Source: an uncultured Gammaproteobacteria bacterium (GTDB lineage Bacteria > Patescibacteriota > Patescibacteriia > Magasanikbacterales > GWA2-37-8). Taken from it: a stretch of DNA of 64,000 nt. Where the stretch lies: contig CAYXJO010000005.1 of assembly GCA_964465205.1 (NCBI GenBank), positions 4,552 to 68,551 on the forward strand, read 5' to 3'. Positions 47,732 to 55,422 of this stretch are shown here, piece by piece (position 1 is the first letter of the stretch; every line of letters begins with the position of its first letter). The translations under genes and the position numbers were made by a program. Below the pieces are notes generated by a model that saw nothing but the letters and a program-made list of their open reading frames with translations, was not told the origin of the DNA and searched no databases.

Positions 47732-49666
47732 ATGCCAGAAAACACTAATTCTAGCGGTACACCCAATCAAATTCTCGGCAATCCCGAGGTGAATTTTTTT
47801 GGCGTCACCAATTATCGTAATCAAAATCGCAAATTTGGTATTAAGCTCGACGACCGTCGCCGGCATGTTTATGTTATCGGAAAAACCGGCATGGGCAAAA
47901 CTACATTGCTCGAAAACATGATCCTCAACGATATTTATGCCGGGCATGGAGTGGGTTATGTGGATCCGCATGGTGACACAGCCGAGAAACTACTCGACTA
48001 TATTCCACCTCATCGTATTAATGATGTGGTGTATTTCAATCCGGCGGACATGGATTATCCGATCGGTTTTAATATTCTAGAAACTATTCGTCCGGAACAG
48101 AAACATTTGGTAGCGTCGGGCCTGATGGGAGTATTTAAGAAAATTTGGCCGGATGTCTGGAGTGCCCGTATGGAATATATTTTGAATAATTCTATTTTGG
48201 CATTGATTGATTTTCCTAATTCCACACTACTCGGTATCAATCGTTTGCTTGCTGATGACGAGTTTCGCGCCCGTGTGGTGGGTAATACCAAGGATCCGGT
48301 GGTAAAAGCTTTTTGGATGAATGAATTTGCCGGTTACAACGATCGTTATAAACAAGAAGCGGTCGCGCCTATCCAGAATAAAATCGGTCAGTTTTTGTCC
48401 GCGTCTATTATCCGCAATATCGTAGCGCAGGTAAAATCCAGTATCGACATCCGCGATATCATGGATCACAAAAAGATTTTTATCATGAATTTGTCCAAGG
48501 GCCGTATTGGTGAAGATAATTCGCGCTTGCTTGGTGGTATGCTTATCACCAAATTACAATTATCGGCAATGGAGCGTGTAGATATTCCCGAAAAAGATCG
48601 CAATGATTTCTTTTTATACGTTGATGAGTTCCAAAACTTTGCCACTGAAAGTTTTTCCAATATATTATCCGAGGCACGCAAATACCGTTTGGGGCTTATT
48701 ATGGCGCATCAGTATATGGAACAGCTGTCTGAAGAAGTACTCGCCGCCGTCATCGGTAACGTCGGTACGATTATTTCATTTCGTGTTGGTTCGACTGATT
48801 CGGAAATTTTGGAAAAAGAATTTGCCCCGGTTTTTATGGCGACGGATATTGTCAATCTGGCCAAATTTCAAATATTTTTAAAACTAATGATTGACGGTGT
48901 GGCTTCACAACCTTTTTCCGCCATGACTTTACCACCCATCGCTCAGCGCACTGCCAGTCTAGACAAAGTAATTCGGGTTTCTCGTGAACGCTATGCGGTG
49001 TCACGCGACAAGATTGAAGACAAGATAGCACGATGGAGCGGCATGACTATTGGTGAAGATGGTAATGGATCGGATGACGAATTTGATGTAGATACCACTA
49101 CAGAAAAAAAGGTGCCAGATACCGTCGGTGCGGTATTGCTACGACCGAAATCAGCATCCGCCCCCGTGCGTAGTGCCGAACCGAATCGTGTGCCAAATAA
49201 AAATTTTTCCAATGATAAAAAATCTTTTGGTGGTAGCATGACCAGTGCCAAACCGAAATCAGAAAATCGGCCACCAGTCAGCGGGGGAGACCGAAGCGGT
49301 CGAGGGACAAATTCTGAGCGTGTGGCACCAAATCGTGATACGCGACCGGTTCGTAAACCAGATAATAATCGCAATAATAAAATTGATAAACCTAATCATG
49401 CCCCCAAGCCCGAAATAAATGTACCGCCTTCCCAAGCGATGCCGATCGAGCTTGTAGATACTACCCAACCCGGTATTAGTTTGATGGCTGCTATGCATAC
49501 CAATCCGCTGGCCAAACCAGAGCCTTCAGAACCAGAGGAAATTCAACCACAGCAACAAGTAATCTCGCCACCGCCAGCCACAGACCCACAACCTACCAAA
49601 CCATCGATTTTACCGTCATCTTCGCCGAGAAATATCAATTCTGGGCAAATTGTAAAATTAGATTAA
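47732..49666 (+). CDS. AAA-like ATPase of the TraD/VirD4/DUF87 coupling-protein type with about 180-aa disordered Pro/Ser/Asn-rich C-terminal tail
   Basis: Walker A VIGKTGMGKTTLL, Walker B FFLYVDEFQNF; the region after ~aa 470 is low-complexity (PKSEN, RPV repeats, QPQQQ). Confidence 0.5.
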   Translation: MPENTNSSGTPNQILGNPEVNFFGVTNYRNQNRKFGIKLDDRRRHVYVIGKTGMGKTTLLENMILNDIYAGHGVGYVDPHGDTAEKLLDYIPPHRINDVVYFNPADMDYPIGFNILETIRPEQKHLVASGLMGVFKKIWPDVWSARMEYILNNSILALIDFPNSTLLGINRLLADDEFRARVVGNTKDPVVKAFWMNEFAGYNDRYKQEAVAPIQNKIGQFLSASIIRNIVAQVKSSIDIRDIMDHKKIFIMNLSKGRIGEDNSRLLGGMLITKLQLSAMERVDIPEKDRNDFFLYVDEFQNFATESFSNILSEARKYRLGLIMAHQYMEQLSEEVLAAVIGNVGTIISFRVGSTDSEILEKEFAPVFMATDIVNLAKFQIFLKLMIDGVASQPFSAMTLPPIAQRTASLDKVIRVSRERYAVSRDKIEDKIARWSGMTIGEDGNGSDDEFDVDTTTEKKVPDTVGAVLLRPKSASAPVRSAEPNRVPNKNFSNDKKSFGGSMTSAKPKSENRPPVSGGDRSGRGTNSERVAPNRDTRPVRKPDNNRNNKIDKPNHAPKPEINVPPSQAMPIELVDTTQPGISLMAAMHTNPLAKPEPSEPEEIQPQQQVISPPPATDPQPTKPSILPSSSPRNINSGQIVKLD

Positions 49667-49698
49667 TAGGCTAGCCATAGCCAATATTCGTTTTAGGC

Positions 49699-49727
49699 TT
49701 GACAAAAAGCTATTTTTGTGCTATAAT
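49699..49727 (+). promoter_or_regulatory. Promoter TTGACA-17-TATAAT (extended TGTGcTATAAT) driving a ~140-nt structured leader
   Basis: ttgacaaaaagctatttttgtgctataat; the leader contains hairpin CCTCAAAACACATTTTGAGGG. Confidence 0.55.
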
Positions 49728-49874
49728 ATATCCGAGTGAAAATTACTTTAATTAAGCAATTTTCTCTAAATTGGGTACAAAACCTATAGTTTCAAAAAGA
49801 CGTAAAGTGGAGTCCCCAAGGGTCGTTTAAATAATTTCCTCAAAACACATTTTGAGGGCAAAACAAAAAACGTT

Positions 49875-50201
49875 ATGTCTTTTGGAAACGATAGGCAAAT
49901 GTACGATGTGGATCTTTCCTGCGCCAAATGCGGGTCCCACATTTCTCAATTGCCATTTCAACCGTCTGGAGATCGCCCGGTGTATTGCAACGAATGCAAT
50001 CGCGCCTTCCGCGCTTCTCGTGATGGCGGTGCTTCCCGTGGGGGTTTCTCTCGCGGTCCGCGCGCTCCGAGACAGATGTTCGCCGTGAATTTGACCTGTG
50101 CCGATTGTGGCCAGGCCATCACCGAACTTCCGTTTCAGCCGTCCGGTGACAAGCCGGTGTATTGCAAGGATTGTATCCGCAATCATCGTCCTGCTAGATA
50201 A
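49875..50201 (+). CDS. GC-rich tandem zinc-ribbon protein (108 aa, two CxxC...CxxC repeats)
   Basis: Two near-identical modules, SCAKCGSHISQLPFQPSGDRPVYCNECNR and TCADCGQAITELPFQPSGDKPVYCKDCIR. GC about mid-50s %. Confidence 0.5.
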   Translation: MSFGNDRQMYDVDLSCAKCGSHISQLPFQPSGDRPVYCNECNRAFRASRDGGASRGGFSRGPRAPRQMFAVNLTCADCGQAITELPFQPSGDKPVYCKDCIRNHRPAR

Positions 50202-50291
50202 TCGAAATGAGTGAGGAAATGAACAAGTTTACTTGTACATTTCTGAGCGAATGAGATTATGTCGCTAGATATAATTCTAGAAAACAATTAA

Positions 50292-50325
50292 CCCCGAGCC
50301 GTAAGGCCCGGGGTTTTGTTTTCCA
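50292..50325 (+). terminator. Terminator CCCCGAGCC-gtaa-GGCCCGGGG + TTTTGTTTT
   Basis: GC stem with one mismatch, then a T-run, 90 nt after the zinc-ribbon gene. Confidence 0.55.
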
Positions 50326-50620
50326 ATTTTTGAATAAAAAAATAGACCTGACGTCGGCAGTCTATTTTGCGGTGCACCAGCATATAGGTGGTGTCGATAT
50401 GCAAGCCGGAAGGCACGTAGCCGATTTAGTAAAAAATCGGACAAGAACGCGCACAGAGGCTTACAGGGATCAACCCTTTTGTTTGCTGGTGATTGGCAAA
50501 CCGCATGTTTAGATGTCGACGTCAGGCACTCGGGACGAGATTAAATATAACAAATTGATAATATTATTGTCAATATATTACCTTGAACTTATCCACAGAT
50601 TGGGTTATAATGTTTTTATT

Positions 50621-51664
50621 ATGCCTAAAAAACAAGCTAAAATTCTCATCGCCATGTCTGGCGGTGTGGACTCATCGGTCGCGGCCGCACTACTCGTGCG
50701 TGCCGGTTTTGATGTTACTGGAATGTATGCGGTAAATTATGATGACCCCACCAGAGATAAAACAAGTTGTTGGCGAGGGGATTATGAAGATGCTTTGCGA
50801 GTGGCGGCTAAATTGGGGATAAAATTATTGCGTTGGAATTTTGTTCGTGAATACGAACGTGATGTATTGGATTATATGTACCACGAGTATGAATCTGGCA
50901 ATACCCCTAATCCCGATGTGCTTTGTAATAAATTTGTGAAATTTGGCGCTTGGATGAAAAAGGCGCAGTCGGAAGGTTTCGATTTTATTGCCACCGGCCA
51001 CTATGCCCAGACTAAAAACGGAAAGTTACTGTGTGCCAAAGATACAGACAAAGATCAAACATATTTTTTACACCAATTATCCAATGAACAATTAAAGTAT
51101 TCAATGTTTCCGATCGGTAAATACACCAAAACCCAAGTACGCGCATTGGCCAAAAAATTTAAATTACCTACTGCCGAAAAAGCCGAGAGTATGGGAATAT
51201 GTTTTGTCGGCGAAGTGCCGATGAAGGAATTTTTGGAGAAAAAAATAAAACCATCTCCAGGGAAAATTATGTTAAACGGCAAGGTGGTGGGGGAACATCG
51301 TGGTCTGCCTTTTTATACAATTGGCGAACGTATTGGCGTGGCCGGGCACAACCAAACTCTACTCTATGTGGTGGATAAGGATTTGTCTCAGAATATTTTG
51401 GTAGTGGGCGAAGAGCATGACCCGGCATTGTATAAAAAAGAAATTTTGGTATCCAATGTAAATTGGATTATAGCGTCCAGCAAATTTCCACTAAGTTGTT
51501 CGGTGCGTCTTCGTCATCGTCAGGCACTGCGTTCGGCAATAGTTTCTCCGGTTGGAAAAGATTTTTTGATAAAATTTAAAAAACCAGAACGCGCTGTCAC
51601 CCCCGGACAGTTCGCGGTATTTTATAAAAATAATATTTGTTTGGGTGGGGGAGCGATTAAATAA
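50621..51664 (+). CDS. mnmA: tRNA-specific 2-thiouridylase MnmA
   Basis: PP-loop ILIAMSGGVDSSV, PNPDVLCNKFVKF, ATGHYA. Confidence 0.85.
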   Translation: MPKKQAKILIAMSGGVDSSVAAALLVRAGFDVTGMYAVNYDDPTRDKTSCWRGDYEDALRVAAKLGIKLLRWNFVREYERDVLDYMYHEYESGNTPNPDVLCNKFVKFGAWMKKAQSEGFDFIATGHYAQTKNGKLLCAKDTDKDQTYFLHQLSNEQLKYSMFPIGKYTKTQVRALAKKFKLPTAEKAESMGICFVGEVPMKEFLEKKIKPSPGKIMLNGKVVGEHRGLPFYTIGERIGVAGHNQTLLYVVDKDLSQNILVVGEEHDPALYKKEILVSNVNWIIASSKFPLSCSVRLRHRQALRSAIVSPVGKDFLIKFKKPERAVTPGQFAVFYKNNICLGGGAIK

Positions 51665-51667
51665 ATT

Positions 51668-52321
51668 ATGTCCATCGGACAAATGTGTCGTAAAATTTTG
51701 GGCCCAAAATATTTCAAACACGTCGGTAAGATTTATCGACGATTTTTTGTAGATTTGGAAGCGGTGGCCAGTGCTTTGCCTGCGATTCCAGCTGGCGGTC
51801 ATCTGTTGGATGTTGGTGGTGGTGATGGTGAGTTAATTAATCATATTGTCACCAGGTTTCCAAATATTAAAATTACCATGATAGATATCGCACCGAAGAT
51901 TGGTAATTTTATCGACCCTAATTTTAAAAGTAAGGTGACTATTTTGCCGGGCGTGAGTATGGCGGATTATAAAATAAAGTATTTGTCAGAAAACGGTCCG
52001 ATTGATTATATTTTAATTAGCGATGTTTTACACCATGTGATGCCCGCTGACCGAGCAGTGTTTTTTTGTGATTTGGCGGCATTGGTAAATGCAAACACAA
52101 AAATAATTATTAAGGATATTGAACCTGGTTATTTGAAATCCCATTTGTCGTATTGGGCGGATAAATATATTAGTGGCGACAAAACAGTTAGTTTGATCGG
52201 TCGAGATGTGGTGGTGACAAGTTTGCGAAAAATTTTTCCTCAAATTAATTATTACGAAACTGATTTGTTGCAAAAAAATAAACCAAATTACTGTTTGGTT
52301 TTTTCTTCGGGGAAAAAATAG
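51668..52321 (+). CDS. Class I SAM-dependent methyltransferase
   Basis: Motif I LLDVGGGDGEL. Confidence 0.6.
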   Translation: MSIGQMCRKILGPKYFKHVGKIYRRFFVDLEAVASALPAIPAGGHLLDVGGGDGELINHIVTRFPNIKITMIDIAPKIGNFIDPNFKSKVTILPGVSMADYKIKYLSENGPIDYILISDVLHHVMPADRAVFFCDLAALVNANTKIIIKDIEPGYLKSHLSYWADKYISGDKTVSLIGRDVVVTSLRKIFPQINYYETDLLQKNKPNYCLVFSSGKK

Positions 52322-52345
52322 GCGTACCCAAGGTGGGTACGCCAT
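52322..52345 (-). terminator. Perfect 10-bp hairpin GGCGTACCCA-agg-TGGGTACGCC, T-run on the minus strand
   Basis: Lies between convergent genes; the T-run (tattttttcccc) follows it in the minus-strand sense. Confidence 0.6.
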
Positions 52346-52375
52346 GCTCGATGAAGCGGGGCATCAAGAAGTTGC

Positions 52376-52789
52376 TTACGCCGGGGCCGGGCCGGTTTGG
52401 GCAATGGGGAGGAGGGGAATGTTGTTGATCTGGTGATGCAGGTCGTATTTGGTCTGGTGAAAAACCTCGCCGGTGTCGCAGTCGATATGTCCGACGGCCG
52501 CGAATCCCGGGTATTCAGGTTTGTGCACCAAGCACACCAGCAGCCCGCGCGGTTTTTTTCCCGAGGCCGCCTCTTTGCAAAATTGGTCTTTGGGAATGAC
52601 TGGAAAGCTCGGTTGGGCCGCGATTTCGTGAAACATATCGTCATCAGAGATGATAATAAGTTCACGGGATTTTGAGCCTTCTTGAGCGCGGGCGAAGTCC
52701 ACGATGTCGCCGATGGGCAGCTTTGCGTCCACTGCCAGAATGGGAACGTAAGCACCTTTTTTCTCTTCGGTCGCGATCGGTGCAAGCAT
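52376..52789 (-). CDS. GC-rich ORFan (137 aa)
   Basis: GGAGGAGG RBS directly before the ATG; GC by eye in the high 50s %; no family recognised. Confidence 0.4.
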   Translation of the reverse strand: MLAPIATEEKKGAYVPILAVDAKLPIGDIVDFARAQEGSKSRELIIISDDDMFHEIAAQPSFPVIPKDQFCKEAASGKKPRGLLVCLVHKPEYPGFAAVGHIDCDTGEVFHQTKYDLHHQINNIPLLPIAQTGPAPA

Positions 52790-52945
52790 GGGTTCCTCCT
52801 CCTAAAATCGGTAAAAAGGGCGTGGTTTCTGCCTGTTAAGTTGCCCCCAGTATAGCATATTTTCTTGCATTTGTCAATGTTTTTTGATACAATATTTTAA
52901 GGAGGACAGAAATAATTCTGTTGTTTTTAGTGAATAAGTATTTGT

Positions 52946-54796
52946 ATGATAACTTCTCGTGAACTTCGTCAAAAATATTTAGAATTTTTTGCCAGCAAGG
53001 GTCATAAAATATTACCTTCGGCTTCACTGGTGCCGGAAAATGATCCTACGGCTTTGTTTACTATGGCCGGCATGCATCCGCTCGTGCCGTATTTGCTTGG
53101 TGAGAAGCACCCTGAAGGTACACGTCTGGTCGATGTGCAGAAATGTATTCGTTTGGGAGATATCGACGAAGTGGGCGACAATCGTCATGACACTTTTTTT
53201 GAAATGCTTGGCAACTGGTCGCTTGGTGATTATTTCAAAAAAGAAGCTATTCAATGGAGTTGGGAATTTCTCACCGATACCAAATGGCTCGGACTTGATC
53301 CGCGTAAATTGGCGGTGTCAGTTTTTGAGGGTGACGAAAGTGCTCCGCGCGATGAAGAATCGGCCGATGTCTGGAAAAGTTGTGGCGTACCTACTCACAA
53401 AATCGCGTATTTACCAAAAAATAATAATTGGTGGGGTCCAGCTGGACAAACTGGTCCGTGCGGTCCGGATACTGAAATGTTTTTTTGGAAAGGTGAGACC
53501 GAATTTCCCCCCGAGAGTAATAATCCAGCGACCGACGAAGATAATTGGCTCGAGATTTGGAATGATGTATTCATGCAATACAACAAAACTACCGAAGGTA
53601 AATATGTACCGTTGGTTCAGACCAACGTTGACACGGGTATGGGGCTCGAACGCACCCTTATGACTCTAAATGGCTATGCGGATGTTTTTCAAATTGATAC
53701 TTTTTGGCCATTGATTCAAAAGATCCAAGATATTTCCGGGCATGAATATATCGAAAATACAGAAATCACCAAAGCAATGCGCGTAGTGGCCGACCATGTG
53801 CGCAGTGCCACCATGATCATGGGTGATGATCGCAAAATAGCACCCTCTAATGTTGATCAGGGTTATATTGTCCGCAGGTTGATTCGTCGAGCGGTGCGTT
53901 ATGGACGTAATTTGGGAATCCATGAAAACTTTTGTTCTCAAATTGCCGAAGAAGTGATAAAAATTTTTGCCGACGTCTATCCTGAAGTGGTTCGCAATCG
54001 TGAATTTGTGCTCACTGAGATGGCGAGAGAAGAAAGTAAATTTCGCAATACTTTGGAACAAGGATTTAAAGAATTTGAAAAGTTGCTTGACGGCTTTCGT
54101 AAGGCACTCGAGAAAACCGGCCTGGTGATTAGTGAAATTTCCGGTAAACAAGCGTTTAAATTGTATGATACCTATGGTTTTCCGTTGGAGATGACTGTTG
54201 AGCTCGCTAATGAAAATAGTTTGCGAGTGGATGTGAACGCATTTGACGAAGCCTTCAAAGCTCACCAGGATATGTCTCGCTCCGGTGCCGAAGCCAAGTT
54301 TAAAGGTGGTTTGGCGGATCACGGTGAAATGTCTACCAAGTATCACACAGCGACTCATTTACTGCACGCGGCCCTGCGGGCAGTGCTGGGTACCCATGTG
54401 GAACAGCGCGGCAGCAATATTACCGCCGAACGCCTTCGTTTTGATTTTTCTCATCCCGAAAAAATGACCGATGAACAAAAACAAAAAGTAGAGGCATTGG
54501 TGAACTACGCTATTTCTAAAGATTATCATGTCGATTGCGCTGAAATGACAGTGATCGAAGCCAAGGCCAAAGGGGCGATGGGGTTATTCGAAGATAAATA
54601 TGGCACCAAAATAAAAGTTTACAGTGTTGGCGATCCCATCGAATATCCGTCTGCTCACGAGAACTCACTTACTTTTTCCAAAGAAATTTGCGGTGGTCCG
54701 CATGTGGAACATACCGGTGTCTTGGGAAGATTTAAAATTACCAAAGAAGAAGCAGTTAGCGCCGGAGTACGGCGTATTAAAGCAATATTGGAATAA
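52946..54796 (+). CDS. alaS: Alanyl-tRNA synthetase, short form lacking the C-terminal C-Ala domain
   Basis: N-terminal catalytic core (FFASKGHKILPSASLVP, WGPAGQTGPCGPDTE), editing-domain HxxxH...C motifs (HTATHLLHAAL, CGGPHV); 616 aa. Confidence 0.8.
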   Translation: MITSRELRQKYLEFFASKGHKILPSASLVPENDPTALFTMAGMHPLVPYLLGEKHPEGTRLVDVQKCIRLGDIDEVGDNRHDTFFEMLGNWSLGDYFKKEAIQWSWEFLTDTKWLGLDPRKLAVSVFEGDESAPRDEESADVWKSCGVPTHKIAYLPKNNNWWGPAGQTGPCGPDTEMFFWKGETEFPPESNNPATDEDNWLEIWNDVFMQYNKTTEGKYVPLVQTNVDTGMGLERTLMTLNGYADVFQIDTFWPLIQKIQDISGHEYIENTEITKAMRVVADHVRSATMIMGDDRKIAPSNVDQGYIVRRLIRRAVRYGRNLGIHENFCSQIAEEVIKIFADVYPEVVRNREFVLTEMAREESKFRNTLEQGFKEFEKLLDGFRKALEKTGLVISEISGKQAFKLYDTYGFPLEMTVELANENSLRVDVNAFDEAFKAHQDMSRSGAEAKFKGGLADHGEMSTKYHTATHLLHAALRAVLGTHVEQRGSNITAERLRFDFSHPEKMTDEQKQKVEALVNYAISKDYHVDCAEMTVIEAKAKGAMGLFEDKYGTKIKVYSVGDPIEYPSAHENSLTFSKEICGGPHVEHTGVLGRFKITKEEAVSAGVRRIKAILE

Positions 54797-54803
54797 TATT
54801 TAC

Positions 54804-54911
54804 GCCTAACAGTATTAATTTTCTTGCGGCCAGACTTGCGCCGGATTGTCGGCGCTACGCCCCGCGCGGCGGGGTGCGATGGCCGCTGGCCAAAATCAAT
54901 ACATGTTAGGC
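54804..54911. repeat. MITE-like element: ~20-bp imperfect terminal inverted repeats (GCCTAACAGTATTAATTTT / AAAATCAATACATGTTAGGC) around a 65-bp GC-rich nested-hairpin core
   Basis: Direct read. The core contains GCGGCCA...TGGCCGC and GCCCCGC-gcg-GCGGGGT stems. Sits in an otherwise AT-rich spacer. Confidence 0.5.
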
Positions 54912-54927
54912 TACAAGTTAATTATTT

Positions 54928-55413
54928 GTGCGTAAAATCTTCGACTACTTTTGGTCGGTGCGCAAACAATTTACAAACTATTTTATCACCGGTATTAGTG
55001 GTACGGTTTTGGATATCGGTACTTTGTATCTGCTTACTATGGTTTGGCAGGTGCGTCCTGTGTATGCTGTCATGCTCAACGGCTTGCTTACTTTTTGTTA
55101 CATTTTTTTACTCAACAAGTATTGGACGTTCAAGGCCACTGGCATGACCCATCTCCAGGTAATTCGTTTTTTGTTGGTGTATGCCGGTAATTATTTGTTT
55201 GCCATTACTTGGATGTGGTTTTTTACCGAAGTGCTAAATTTGAAATCCACTTTCGCTAATGTTTGGATTTTACTAGAAGTGTACTATAATTTAATAGTCA
55301 GAATAGTGAATATCGCCATGTCGATTTGTTGGAATTTTCTTATTTATAAATATTTTGTATACAAAATCGAACCTGGTTTACCAAATAATCATGGGTCGGT
55401 AATAACTAACTAA
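54928..55413 (+). CDS. GtrA-family membrane protein
   Basis: Four TM helices with YxxxGxxxxxxNY-like GtrA pattern (FITGISGTVLDIGTLYLL...NKYWTF). Confidence 0.55.
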   Translation: MRKIFDYFWSVRKQFTNYFITGISGTVLDIGTLYLLTMVWQVRPVYAVMLNGLLTFCYIFLLNKYWTFKATGMTHLQVIRFLLVYAGNYLFAITWMWFFTEVLNLKSTFANVWILLEVYYNLIVRIVNIAMSICWNFLIYKYFVYKIEPGLPNNHGSVITN

Positions 55414-55422
55414 AATATTCAT

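Noticed and set aside
50330-50512. 60-aa ORF upstream of mnmA
   Set aside because: No RBS; overlaps hairpins (AATAGAC...GTCTATT) in the mnmA leader or terminator region.
53666-54358. 230-aa minus-strand ORF inside alaS
   Set aside because: Antisense to a confidently identified essential gene; His/Phe-rich low-complexity translation.
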